The notes below the pieces were generated by a model. It did no database searches, was not told the DNA's origin, and saw only the letters and a program-made list of their open reading frames with translations. A stretch of DNA of 64,000 bases from the human T2T-CHM13v2.0 reference genome, Homo sapiens. The position numbers and the translations under genes are program-made. The DNA lies in assembly GCF_009914755.1 (NCBI RefSeq), contig NC_060937.1. One strand, written 5' to 3'. Positions 40,101-55,140 of the stretch are shown here, one piece after another; the stretch's first letter is position 1; every line of letters begins with the position of its first letter.

Positions 40101-43100
40101 TTCCTTTCCATTCCATTCCATCCCATTCCATTCCATTCCATTCCATTCCATTCCATTGCATTCCAATCCATTCCATTCCATTCCATTCCATTCCATTCCA
40201 TTCTATTCCATTCCATTCGATTCCATTCCACTCGGGTTAATTCCATATCATTCCATTCCATTCCATTCCTTTCCACTCGGGTTGATTCCATACCATTCCA
40301 TTCCATTCATTCCTTTCCATTCCATTCCATTCAAGTCGGGTTGATTCCATTCCATTCTTTCCATTCCATTCCATTCCTTTCCATTCCAATCCTCTTGGGT
40401 TGATTCCGTTGCATTTCGTTCCTTTCCAATGCACTTGGGTTGATTCCATTCCATTCCATTCCATTCCATTCCATTCCAGTCCATTCCATACCCTTCAGTT
40501 TCATTCCTTTCCATTCCATTCCATTCCATACTATTCCACTCCATTCCATTCGGGTTGATTCCATTCCATTCCGTTCCATTCCATTCCATACTATTCAACT
40601 AGGGTTGATTCCATACCATTCCATTCCATTGCATTGCATTCCATTCCATTCCACTCGGGTTGATTCTCTTCCATTCCATTCCAATCCATTCCATTCCATT
40701 CCATTCCATTCAATTCCATTCCACTCGGGTTGATTCCATTCCATTCCATTCCGTTCCATTCCATTCCACTCCATTCCATTACTATCCTTTCCACTCAGGT
40801 TAATTTCGTTCCATTCCATTCCAATCCATTCCATTCCATTGAATTCCATTGGGGTCCATTCCATTCCATTCCATTCCGTTCCGTTCCGTTCCATTCCATT
40901 CAATTCCTTTCCCTTGCAATCCGTACCATTCCATTCTATTCTATTCCATTCCATTCCATTCCATGCCATTCCATTCCATTTGACTCAGGTTGATTCCGTT
41001 CCATTCCATTCCATTCCCTTCCATTCCATTCCATTCCATTCCATTCCAGTTGATTCAATTGCATTCCACTCCATTCCATTCCGTTCCATTCCATTCCATT
41101 CCATTCCATTCCACTCGGGTTGATTCCATTCCATTCCATTCATTTCCATTCCATTCCATTCCGTTCCACTCGGCTTGATTCCATTCCATTCCATTCCATT
41201 TTTTTCCACTCCACTCGGGTTGATTCCATTCCATTCCATTCCATTCCAGTTGATTCCATTCAATTCCATTCCATTCCATTCCATTCCATTCCATTCATGT
41301 TGATTCAGTTCCTTTCCATTCCATTCCATTGCATTCCATTCCAGTTGATTCCATTGCATTCCATTCCATTCAATTGCATTCCATTCCATTCCATTCCATT
41401 CGGGTTGATTCCATTCCATTCCATTCCATTCAATTCCATTCCATTCCACTCCATTCCATTACACTCCATTGCACTCTGGTTGATTCCATTCCATTCCATT
41501 CCAATCCATTCCATTCCATTCCATTCAGGTTCATTCCATTCCATTCCGTTCCGTTCCATTCCATTCCATTCCATTCCAATCCATTCCATTGCATTCCACT
41601 CGGGTTGATTCCATTCCATTCCATTCCATTCCGTTCGGGTTGATTCCTTTCCATTCAATTCCATTCCATATCATTCGATTCCATTCCGTTCCATTCTATT
41701 CGTTTTGATTCTATTCCATTCCATTCCATTCCACTCCATCCCTAACCATTACATTCCATTCGGGTGAATCCATTCCATTGCATTCCAATCCCTTCCATTC
41801 CATTCCAATCCATTCCATTCCATTCAATTCCACTCGGATTCAGTCTATTCCATTCCATTCCATTCCCTTATGTTCCATTGCATTCCATACCATTCCATTC
41901 CACTCAGCATGATTCCATTCCATTCCATTCCATTCTGTTCCATTCCATCGCATTCCATTCCATTCCATTCCACGCAGGTTGATTCCATTCCATTCCATTC
42001 TGTTCCATTCCACTCGGGGTGATTCCTTTCCGTTCCTTTCCATTTCATTCCATTCCATTCCATTCCATTCAATACCACTCCATTCCATTCTATTCCACTC
42101 CCGTTGATTCCTTTCCATTCCATTCCATTCCATTTCACTCGGGTTGATTCCATTCCATTACTTTCCATTTTATTCCATTCCATTCCGTTCTATTCCATTC
42201 CATTCCATACCATTCCTCTCGGGTTCATTCCATACCATTCCATTCCATTCCATTCCATTCCATTCCATTCCATTCGGGTCGATTCCATTCTCATCCATTC
42301 CATTCCATTCCATTCCATTCCATTGCATTCCACTCCATTCCATTACATTCCATTCCACTCTGGTTGATTCCATTCCATTCCATTCCAATCGATTCCATTC
42401 CATTGCTTTCCAAGCCATTTCATTACATTCCATTCCACTCGGGTTGATTCCATTCCATTCCATTCCAATCCATTCCATTCCATTTCATTCCATTCCATTG
42501 TTTTCCATTCCAATTGGGTTGTTTCCATTCCATTCCAGTAATTTCCATTCCATTCCATTCAATTCCATTCCATTCCATTCAATTCCATTCCATTCCATTC
42601 CATTCAATTTGACTCAGGTTGATTCCGTTCCATTCCATTCCATTCCATTTCATTCCAGTTGATTCCATTGCATTCCATTCCTTTCCATTCCATTCCATTC
42701 CGTTCCATTCCTCTCCGGTTGATTCCATTCCATTCCATTCCATTCCATTCCATTCCATTCCGTTCCACTCAGGTTGATTCCTTTCCATTCCATTCCATTT
42801 TATTCCACTCCACTCGGGTTGATTCCATTCCATTCCATTCCATTCCATTCCATTCCATTCCATTGCATTCCATTCGTGTTGATTCCATTCCATTCCATTC
42901 CATTCCACTCCATTCCATTCCATTTCTTTCCCTTCCAGTTGATTCCATTCCTTTCCATTTCATTCCATTCGATTTCATTCCAATGGTGTTTATTCCATTC
43001 CACTCCATTCCATTCCATTCCATTCGGGTTTATTCCATTTCATTCCATTCCATTCTATTCCATTGCATTCCATTCCTTTCCATTCTATTCCATTCCATTC

Positions 43101-44300
43101 CATTCCATTTGTGTTGATTCCATTCCATTCCATTCCATTCCATACCACTCCATTCCAATCCATTACATTCCACTCGGGTTAAATCCTTTCCATTCCATTC
43201 CAATGCATTCCCTTCCATTCAATTCCACTCGGATTCAATCAATTCCATTCTATTCCATTCCGTTCTGTTTCACTCCATTCGATTGCATTCCATACCATTC
43301 CATTCCTCTCGGGTTGATTCCATTGAATTCCATCCCATTTCATTCCTTTCCATTCTATTGCATTCCATTCCATTCCATTCCACTCGTGTTGATTCCCTTC
43401 CATTCGATTAGATTCCATTCCACTTGGGTTGATTCCATTCCGTTCCTTTCCATTGCATTCCATTCCATTCCATTCCAATCCATTCCATTCCATTCCATTC
43501 CAATCCATTCCATTCCATTCCTTTCCATTCCATTCGTGTTGATGCCATTCCAATCCATACCATTCCATTCCATTACATTCTGTTCCGTTCCATTACTATC
43601 GTGTTGATTCCATACCATTCCATTCCACTCCATTCCAATCCATTACATTCCACTCGGGTTGAATCCATTCCTTTCCATTCCAATCCATTCCATTCCTTTC
43701 CAATCCATTCCATTCCATTCAATTCCACATGGATTCTATCTATTCTTTCCAATCCATTCCGTTCTGTTGCATTCCAGTCCATTGCATTAGATACCATTCC
43801 ATTCAACTTGGGATGATTCCATTCAATTCCATTATATTCCGTTCAATTCCATTGCATTCCATTCCATTCCATTCCACTCGGGTGGATTCCATTCCATTCC
43901 ATTCCATTCCATTCCACTCTGGTTGATTCCATTCCATTCCTTTCCATTCCATTTCATTCCATTCCATTCCATTCCATTCCATTCCATTCCACTCGGGTTG
44001 ATTCCATTCCATTCCATTCCATTTTACTCCATTCCAGTCCGTTCCATTCCATTCCATGTCATACCATTCCACTCGGGTTGATTCCATACCATTCCATTCC
44101 ATTCCACTCGGGTTGATTCCGTTCCATTCCATTCCATTACATTCCATTCCATTCCATTCCATTCCACTGCATTCCATTGCATTCCATTCCACTCCATTCC
44201 AATCCATTACATTCCACTCGGGTTGATTCCATTCCATTCCACTCCATTCCATTCCGTTCCACTCAGGTTTATTCCTTTCCATTCCATTCCATTTTATTCC
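32600..44300 (+). repeat. ~7.1 kb-offset duplication: ~32600-37260 vs ~39730-44300
   Basis: ORF pairs 33457/40591 (7134), 34645/41764, 34721/41840 and 34726/41845 (7119, the last two identical), 35936/43030 (7094) and 36645/43729 (7084). Shared rare motifs are CACTCAGCATG, CCACGCAGGT, CAATACCACT and CCAATTGGGT. Confidence 0.88.
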
Positions 44301-47300
44301 ACTCCACTCGGGTTGATTCCATTCCATTCCATTGCATTCCATTCCATTCCATTCCATTCCATTCTATTCCATTGCATTCCATTCGTGTTGATTCCATTGC
44401 ATTCCATTCCATTCCACTCCATTCCATTCCATTTCATTCCATTCCATTTGATGCCATTCCTTTCCATTCCATTCCATTCCATTCCATTCCATTCCGTTCC
44501 ATTTTACTTGGGTTGATTCCATTCCATTCCATTTCATTCCATTCGATTTCATTCCACTGGTGTTTATTCCATTCCCCCCATTCCATTCCATTCTGGTCGG
44601 GTTTATTCCATTTCATTCCATTCCATTCCATTCCATTGCATTCCGTTCCTTTCCATTCTATTCCATTCCATTCCATTCCATTTGTGTTGATTCCATTCCA
44701 TCCCATTCCATTCCATTCCATTCCACTCCATTCCAATCCATTACATTCCACTCGGGTTGAATCCTTTCCATTCCATTCCAATGCATTCCCTTCCATTCAA
44801 TTCCTCTCGGATTCATTCAATTCCATTCTATTCCATTCCGTTCTGTTCCACTCCATTCTATTGCATTCCATACCATTCCATTCCACTCCTGTTGATTCCA
44901 TTGAATTCTATCCCATTCCATTCCATTCCATTCTATTGCATTCCATTCCATTCCATTCCACCCGTGTTGATTCCCTTACATTCCATTCCATTCCATTCCA
45001 CTTGGGTTGATTACATTTCTTTCCTTTCCATTGCATTCCATTCCATTCAATTCCATTCCGTTCCATTCCATTCGTATTGATGCCATTCCAATCCATACCA
45101 TTCCTTTGCATTCTATTCCATTCCGTTCCATTCTTTTCGTGTTGATTCCATTCCATTCCATTCCACTCCATTCTAATCCATTTCGTTCCACTCGGGTTGA
45201 ATCTATTCCTTTCCATTCCAATCCATTCCATTCCTTTCCAATCCATTCCATTCCATTCAATTCCACATGGATTCCATCTATTCTTTCCAATCCATTCCGT
45301 TCTGTTCCATTCCAGTCCATTGCATTAGATAGCATTCCATTCCACTCGGGATGATTCCATTCTATTCTATTATATTCCATTCAATTCCATTGCATTCCAT
45401 TCCATTCCATTCCAGTCGGGTGGATTCCATTCCATTCCATTCCATTCCATTCCATTCCACTCTTGTTGATTCCATTCCGTTCCATTCCATTTCATTCCAT
45501 ACCATTCCATTCCATTCCATGAAATTCCATTCCATTCCACTCCACTCCTTTTGATTCCTTTTCATTCCATTCCATTCCATTCCTTTCCATTCCATTCCAT
45601 TCCATTCCATTCCATTCCACTCTGGTTGATTCCATTCCGTTCCTTTCCATTTCATTCCATTCCATTCCATTCCATTCCATTCCATTCCATTCCATTCCAT
45701 TCCATTCCACTCCACTCCGGTTGATTCCATTCCATTCCATTCCCCTCCATTCCATTCCATTCAATTCCACTTGGATTCAATTATCTATTCTTTCCATTCC
45801 ATTCCGTTCTCTTCCATTCCATTCCATTGCATTAGATACCATTCCATTCCACTAGGGATGATTCCATTCAATTCCATTATATTCCGTTCAATTCCATTGC
45901 ATTGCATTCCATTCCATTCTACTCGTGTGGATTGCATTCCATTGCATTCCATTCCATTCCACTCGGGTTGATTCCATTCCGTTCCTTTCCATTCCATTCC
46001 AATCCATTCCATTCCATTCCATTCCATTCCATTCCATTCCAATCCATTCCATTCCACTCCACTCCGGTTGATTCCATTCCACTTCATTCCATTCCATTTC
46101 ACTGGAGTTGATTCCATTCCATTCCATTCCACTCCTTTCCATTCCTTCCATTCCATACCATTCCACTCGGGTTGATTTCGTACCATTCCATTGCATTCCG
46201 TTCCATGAAATTCCATTCCATTCCACTCCACTCGTGTTGGTTCCTTTCCATTCCATTCCATTCCATTCCTTTCCATTCCATTCCAATCCATTCCATTCCA
46301 CGCCACTCCACTCCATTCCATTCCACTCCACTCGGGTTGATTCAATTCCATTCCATTCCATTCCATTCCATTCCATTCCCTTCCATTCGGGTTTATTCCA
46401 TTCCATTCCTTTCCATTCCATTCCATTTCATTCCAATCCATTCCATTCCTTTTCATTCCATCCCATCCCATTCCATTCCATTCCATTCCATTCCATTCCA
46501 TTCCATTCCATTCCATTCCTTTCCATTCGACTCCATTCCACTCGGGTTGATTCCATATCATTCCATTCCATTCCATTCCATTCCACTCATGTTGATTCCA
46601 TACCATTCCATTCCATTCATTCCTTTCCGTTCCATTCCATTCCAGTCGGGTTGATTCCATTGCATTCTTTCCATTCCATTCCATTCCTTTCCATTCCAAT
46701 CCTCTCGGGTTGATTCCGTTGCATTCCGTTCCTATCCAATGCACTTGGGTTGATTCCATTCCCTTCCATTCCATTCCATTCCATTCCATTCCATTCCATT
46801 CCTTTCCATTCCATTCATTTACATTACACTCCGGTTGATTCCATAGCATTCCATTCCATTCCTTTCCATTCCATTCCATCCCATTCGGGTTGATTCCATT
46901 CTATTCTGTTCCATTCCATTTCATTCCATTCCATTCCATTCCGTTCCATTCCATTCGGGTTGATTCTATTCCATTCCATTCCATTCCATTCTATTCCCTT
47001 CCACTCCATTCCATTCTATTCCACTCCATTACATTACATTAACTTCCACCCGGATTTATTCCATTCCATTCCATTCCAGTTGATTCCATTGGATTCGATT
47101 CTTTTCCATTCCATTCCATTCCACTGCACTCGTATTGATTCCATTCCGTTCCTTTCCATTCCATTCCTTTCCGTTCCATTCCATTCGTGTTGATTCCATT
47201 CCATTAGACTCCAATCCATTCCATTCCATTGCAATCCATTCCATTCCATTCAATTACACTCGCATTCAATCTATTCCATTCCATTTCATTCCGTTCTGTT

Positions 47301-50300
47301 CCATTTCATTCTATTGCATTCCATACCATTCCATTCCACACGGGATGATTCCATTCCATTCTATTATACTCCGTTGCATTCCATTCCATTCCATTCCACT
47401 CGGGTTGATTCCATTCCATTCCATTCCATTCCATTCCATTCCATTCCATTCCATTCCCCTGGGGTTTTTTCCATTCCATTCCTTTCCATTTCATTCTTTT
47501 CCATTCCATTCCATTCCATTCTAATCCATTCCATTCCACTCCATTCCATTCCACTCCACTCCGGTTGATTCCATTCCATTCCATTCCATTCCATTCCATT
47601 CCACTCAGGTTGATTCCATTCCAATCCATTTTACTCCATTCCATTCCGTTCCATTCCATTCAATTCCATACCATTCCACTCGGTTTGATTCCATACCATT
47701 CCATTCCATTCCACTCGAGTTGATTCCATTCCATTCCATTCCATTCCATTCCATTCCATTCCACTCCATTTCACTCCATTCCATTCCACTCCTTTCAATT
47801 CCATTCCATTCCACTCGGGTTGATTCCATTCCATTCCATTCCACTCCACTCCACTCCATTGCATTCCATTCCACTCGGGTTGATTCCATTCCATTCCATT
47901 CCAATCCATTCCATTCCATTTCATTCAATTCCATTGTATTCCATTCCACTCGGGTTGTTTCCATTCCATTCCAGTAATTTCCACTCCATTCAATTCCATT
48001 CCATTCCATTCCATTTGACTCAGGTTGATTCCGTTCCATTCCATTCCATTCCATTCCTGTTGATTCCATTGCATTCCATTCCGGTCCATTCCATTCCATT
48101 CCATTCCATTCCATTCCATTCCATTCCATTCCGTTCCACTCAGGTTGATTCCTTTCCATTCCATTCCATTTTATTCCATTCCACTCGTGTGGATTCCATT
48201 CCATTCCATTCCATTCCATTCCATTCCATTCCATTCCATTCCACTCGGGTTGATTCCATTCCGTTCCTTTACATTTCATTCCATTCCATTCCATTCCATT
48301 CCCTTCCATTCCATTCCATTCCATTCCACTCCATTAAATTCCACTGCACTCCGGTTGATTCCATTCCATTTCATTCCATTCCATTTCACTCGAGTTGATT
48401 CCATTCCATTCCATTCCATTTATTCCATTCCATTCCATTCCATTCCTTTCCATTCCATACCATTCAACTCGGGTTGATTCCATACCATTCCATTCCATTC
48501 CATTCCATGAAATTCCATTCCATTCCACTCCACTCGGGTTGATTCCTTTCCATTCCATTCCATTCCAATCCTTTCCATTCCATTCCATTCCATTGCTTTC
48601 CATTCCATTCCACTCCACACAACTCCATTCCATTTCATTCCACTCGGGTTGATTCCATTCCATTCCTTTCCAATCCATTCCATTGCATTCCATTGCATTC
48701 CGTTCCATTCCAGTCCAGTCCATTCCATTCCATTCCCCTCGGGTTGATTCCATACCATTCCATTCCATTCCATTCCATGAAATTCCATTCCATTCCACTC
48801 CACTCCTTTTGATTCCTTTTCATTCCATTCCATTCCATTCCTTTCCATTCCATTCCATTCCTTTCCATTCCATTCCATTCCATTCCATTCCATTCCATTC
48901 CACTCCACTCCATTCCATTCCATTCCATTCCACTGGGGTTGATTCCATTCCATTCCATTCCAATCCATTCCATTCCATTCCATTCCTCTCTGGTTGTTTC
49001 CATTCCGTTGCTTTCAATTTCACTCCATTCCATTCCATTCCATTCAATTCCATTCCATTCCATACCATTCCATTCCATTCCATTCCAATCCATTCCATTC
49101 CACTCCACTCCGGTTGATTCCATTGCATTCTATTCCATTCCATTCCATTCCATTCCATTCCACTCGGGTTGATTCCATTCCATTCCAATCCATTTTATTC
49201 CATTCCATTCCATTCCACTCCATACCATTCCAATCGGGTTTATTCCATACTATTCCATTCCATTCCATTCCATTCCATTCCATTCCATTTGTGTTGATTC
49301 TATTCCATTCCATTCCAATCCACTCCATTCCAATCCATTACATTCCACTCGGGTTGAATCCTTTCCATTCCATTCCAATGCATTCCCTTCTATTCAATTC
49401 CACTCGGATTCAATCAATTCCATCCTATTCCATTCCGTTCTGTTCCACTCCATTCCATTGCCTTCCATACCATTCCATTCCACTCGGGTTGATTCCATTG
49501 AATTCCATCCCATTCCATTCCATTCCATTTTATTGCATTCCATGCCATTCCATTCCACTCGTGTTGATTCTATTCCATTCCACTTGGGTTGATTCCATTC
49601 CGTTCCTTTCCAATGCATTCCATTCCATTCCATTCCATTCCATTCCGTTCCATTCCATTCGTGTTGATGCTATTCCAATCCATACCACTCCATTCTATTC
49701 CAGTCCATTCCGTTCCATTCCTTTCGTGTTGATTCCATTCCATTCCACTCCATTCCAATCCATTACATTCCACTCGGGTTGAATTCATTCCTTTCCATTC
49801 CAATCCATTCCATTCCTTTCCAATCCATTCCATTCCATTCAATTCCACATGGATTCAATCTATTCTTTCCATTCCATTCCGTTCTGTTCCATTCCAGTCC
49901 ATTGCATTAGATACCATTCCATTCCACTCGGGATGATTCCATTCAATTCCATTATATTCCGTTCAATTCCATTGCATTCCATTCCATTGCATTCCACGCA
50001 GGTGGATTCCATTCCATTCCATTCCATTCCATTCCATTCCATTCCATTCCATTCCACTCCATTCCATTCCATTCCATTCCATTCCACTCTGGTTGATTCC
50101 ATTCCGTTCCTTTCTATTTCATTCCATTCCATTCCATTCCATTCCATTCCATTCCATTCCAATCCATTCCACTCCACTCCGGTTGATTCCATTCCATTCC
50201 ATTCCATTCCATTCCATTCCATTCCATTCCATTCCACTCAGGTTGATTCCATTCCATTCCATTCCATTATATTCCATTCCATTCCGTTCATTCCATTCCA

Positions 50301-50479
50301 TTCCATTCCATACCATTACACTCGGGTTGATTGCATACCATTCCATTACATTCCACTCTGGTTGATTCCTTTCCATTCCATTCCAATCCATTCCATTCCA
50401 TTCCATTCCACTCCATTCCATTCAATTCCATTACACTCCATTCCAATCCATTCCATTCCACTCGGGTTGATTCCATTCC

Positions 50480-53400
50480 ATTCCATTCCACTCCACTCGG
50501 GTTGATTCCATTCCAATCCAATCCACTCCATTCCATTCCATTCCATTCCATTCTATTCCATTCCATTGCATTCCATTCCATTCCATTCCACTCGTGTTGA
50601 TTCCCTTCCATTCCATTCCATTCCATTCCACTTGGGTTGATTCCATTCCTTTCCTTTTCATTTCATTCCATACCATTCCATTCCATTCCATTCCATTCCG
50701 TTCCATTCCATTTGTGTTGATTCCATTCCATTCCATTCCACTCCATTCCAATCCATTACATTCCACTCGGATTGAATCCATTCCTTTCCATTCCAATCCT
50801 TTCAATTCCTTTCCAATCCATTCCATTCCATTCAATTCCACTTGGATTCAATCATCTATTCTTTCCACTCCATTCCATTCTGTTCCATTACATTCCATTG
50901 CATTAGACACCATTCCATTACACTAGGGATGATTCCATTCAATTCCATTATATTGCATTCAATTCCAATGCATTCCATTCCATTAGATTGTACTCGGGTG
51001 GATTGCATTCCATTCCATTCCATTCCATTCCACTCGGGTTGATTCCATTCCGTTCCTTTCCATTTCATTTCATTCCATTCCATTCCATTCCACTCCATTA
51101 AATTCCACTCCACTCCGGTTTATTCCTTTCCACTTCATTCCATTCCATTTCACTCGAGTTGATTCCATTCCATTCTATTCCATTTTATTCCATTCCATTC
51201 CGTTCCATTCCTTTCCATTCCATACCATTCCACTCGGGTTGATTCCATACCATTCCATTGCATTCCATTCCATGAAATTCCATTCCATTCCACTCCACTC
51301 GGGTTGATTCCTTTCCATTCCATTCCATTCCATTCCTTTCCATTCCATTCCAATCCATTCCATTCCACTCCACTCCACTCCATTCCATTCCACTCCACTC
51401 GGGTTGATTCAATTGCATTCCATTCCAATCCATTCCACTCCATTCCATTCCATTCCATTCCATTCCGATTCATTCCATTCCATTCCATTCCATTCCTTTC
51501 CATTCCATTCCATTCCATTCCAATCCATTCCATTCCTTTCCATTCCATTCCATCCCATTCCATTCCATTCCATTCCATTCCATTCCATTCCATTCCATTG
51601 CATTCCATTCCATTCTATTCCATTCCATTCCATTGCATTGCATTCCATTCCATTCCATTCCATTCCATTCCATTCCATTCCATTCCATTCCATTCGATTC
51701 CATTCCACTCGTGTTGATTCCATATCATTCCATTCCATTCCATTCCATTCCACTCGGGTTTATTCCATGCCATTCCATTCCATTCATTCCTTTCCATTCC
51801 ATTCCATTCCAGTCGGGGTGATTCCATTCCATTCTTTCCATTCCATTCCATTCCTTTCCATTCCACTCCTCTCGGGTTGATTCCGTTGCATTCCGTTCCT
51901 TTCCAATGCACTTGGGTTGATTCCATTCCATTCCCTTCCCTTCCATTCCATTCCATTCATTTACATTACACTCCGGTTGATTCCATAGCATTCCATTCCA
52001 TTCCTTTCCATTCCATTCCATCCCATTCGGGTTGATTCCATTCTATTCTGTTCCATTCAATTTCATTCCATTCCATTCCATTCCGTTCCATTCCATTCGG
52101 GTTGATTCCATTCCATTCCATTCCATTCCATTCCATTCCATTCCATTCCATTCCATTCCACTCAGTTACATTTCATTCACTTCCACCCGGATTGATCCCA
52201 TTCCAATCCATTCCAGTTGATTCCATTGGATTCGATTCTGTTCCTTTCCATTCCATTCCATTCCATTCCATTGCACTCGTGTTGATTCCATTCCGTTCCT
52301 TTCCATTCCATTCCTTTCCGTTCCATTCCATTCGTGTTGATTCCACTCCATTAGACTCCAATCCATTGCATTCCATTTCAATCCATTCCATTCCATTCAA
52401 TTCCACTCGCATTCAATCTATTCCATTCCATTTCATTCCGTTCTGTTCCATTCCATTCTATTGCATTCCATACCATTCCATTCCACTCGGGATGATTCCA
52501 CTCCATTCCATTGTATTCCGTTCCATTCCATTCCATTCCATTCCACTCGGGTTGATTCCATTCCATTCCATTCCATTCCATTCCATTCCATTCCCCTCGG
52601 GTTTTTTCCATTCCATTCCTTTCCATGTCATTCTATTCCATTCCATTCCTTTCCATTCTAATCCATTCCACTCCACTCCATTCCATTCCACTCCACTCCG
52701 GTTGATTCCATTCCATTACATTCCATTCCATTCCATTCCATTCCGTTCCACTCGGGTTGATTCCATTCCAATCCATTTTACTCCATTCCATTCAGTTCCA
52801 TTCCATTCCATTCTATACCATTCCACTCGGGTTAATTCCATACCATTCCATTCCATTCCACTCGAGTTGATTCCATTCCATTCCATTCCATTCCATTCCA
52901 TTCCATTCCATTCCATTCCACTCCATTCCATTCCATTCCATTCCTCTCCTTTCCTTTCCATTCCATTCCACTCGGGTTGATTCCATTCCCTTCCATTCCA
53001 CTCCACTCCAGTTCATTGCATTCCACTCCACTCGGGTTGATTCCATTCCAATCCATTCCATTCCATTCCATTCCATTGCATTCCATTCCATTCCATTCCA
53101 CTCGTGTTGATTCCCTTCCATTCCATTCCATTCCATTCCACTTGGGTTGATTCCATTCCTTTCCTTTTCATTTCATTCCATACCATTCCATTCCATTCCA
53201 TTCCATTCCGTTCCATTCCATTTGTGTTGATTCCATTCCATTCCATTCCACTCCATTCCAATCCATTACATTCCACTCGGATTGAATCCATTCCTTTCCA
53301 TTCCAATCCTTTCAATTCCTTTCCAATCCATTCCATTCCATTCAATTCCACTTGGATTCAATCATCTATTCTTTCCACTCCATTCCATTCTGTTCCATTA

Positions 53401-55140
53401 CATTCCATTGCATTAGACACCATTCCATTACTCTAGGGATGATTCCATTCAATTCCATTATATTGCGTTCAATTCCAATGCATTCCATTCCATTAGATTG
53501 TACTCGGGTGGATTGCATTCCTTTCCATTCCATTCCATTCCACTCGGGTTGATTCCATTCCGTTCCTTTCCATTTCATTTCATTCCATTCCATTCCATTC
53601 CACTCTATTAAATTCCACTCCACTCCGGTTTATTCCATTCCACTTCATTCCATTCCATTTCACTCGAGTTGATTCCATTCCATTCCATTCCATTTTATTC
53701 CATTCCATTCCGTTCCATTCCTTTCCATTCCATACCATTCCACTCGGGTTGATTCCATACCATTCCATTGTATTCCATTCCATGAAATTCCGTTCCATTC
53801 CACTCCACTCGGGTTGATCCTTTCCATTCCATTCCATTCCATTCTATTCCATTCCTTTCCATTCCATTCCAATCCATTCCATTCCACTCCACTCCACTCC
53901 ATTCCATTCCACTCCACTCGGGTTGATTCAATTCCATTCCATTCCAATCTACTCCATTCCATTCCATTCCATTCCATTCCGGTTCATTCCATTCCATTCC
54001 ATTCCATTCCATTCCATTCCATTCCATTCCATTCCATTGCATTCCATTCCTTTCCATTCCATTCCATTCCATTGCATTCCATTCCATTCCATTCCACTCG
54101 GGTTGATTCAATTCCATTCCATTCCAATCCACTCCATTCCATTCCATTCCATTCCATTCCGGTTCATTCCATTCCATTCCATTCCATTCCATTCCATTCC
54201 ATTCCATTCCATTGCATTCCATTCCTTTCCATTCCATTGCATTCCATTCCATTCCATTCCACTCGTGTTGATTCCATATCATTCCATTCCATTCCATTCC
54301 ATTCCACTCGGGTTTATTCCATGCCATTCCATTCCATTCTTTCCTTTCCATTCCATTCCATTCCAGTCGGGTTGATTCCATTCCATTCTTTCCATTCCAT
54401 TCCATTCCTTTCCATTCCAATCCTCTCGGGTTGATTCCGTTGCATTCCGTTCCTTTCCAATGCACTTGGGTTGATTCCATTCCCTTACATTCCCTTCCAT
54501 TCCATTCCATTCCATTCCATTCCATTCCATTCCATTCATTTACATTACACTCCGGTTGATTCCATAGCATTCCATTCCATTCCTTTCCATTCCATTCCAT
54601 CCCATTCGGGTTGATTCCATTCTATTCTGTTCCATTCCATTTCATTCCATTCCATTCCATTCTGTTCCATTCCATTCCGGTTGATTCCATTCCATTCCAT
54701 TCCATTCCATTCCATTCCATTCCATTCAATTCCACTCCATTCCATTCCATTCCACTCCTTTACATTACATTCACTTCCACCCGGATTGATTCCATTCCAT
54801 TCCATTCCAGTTGATTCCATTGGATTCGATTCTGTTCCTTTCCATTCCATTCCATTCCATTCCATTCCATTGCACTCGTGTTAATTCCATTCCGTTCCTT
54901 TCCATTCCATTCCTTTCCGTTCCATTCCATTCGTGTTGATTCCACTCCATTAGACTCCAATCCATTGCATTCCATTTCAATCCATTCCATTCCATTCAAT
55001 TCCACTCGCATTCAATCTATTCCATTCCATTTCATTCCGTTCTGTTCCATTCCATTCTATTGCATTCCATACCATTCCATTCCACTCGGGATTATTTCAT
55101 TCCATTCCATTATATTCCGTTCCATTCCATTCCACTCGGG
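50480..55140 (+). repeat. ~2.5-2.6 kb tandem duplication (~50480-52550 vs ~53030-55140)
   Basis: ORF pairs 50594/53104, 50842/53352 and 50856/53366 are offset 2510, and 52032/54611 is offset 2579. Private variants CATTAGACAC and CATTAGATTGTACTC are shared by both copies. Confidence 0.88.

Noticed and set aside
17878-41750. CCCTAACC at ~17880, 24814, 34621 and 41740 resembling telomeric repeat
   Set aside because: It is a single hexamer in register with mutated pentamers, propagated by module duplication, not an interstitial telomeric tract.
30298-45785. Near matches to the DUX4 site (TGATTCAATT at ~30299, GGATTCAATTA at ~45773), plus many CCAAT boxes
   Set aside because: These are imperfect matches one or two substitutions from the satellite consensus, so they are expected by chance and there is no promoter context.
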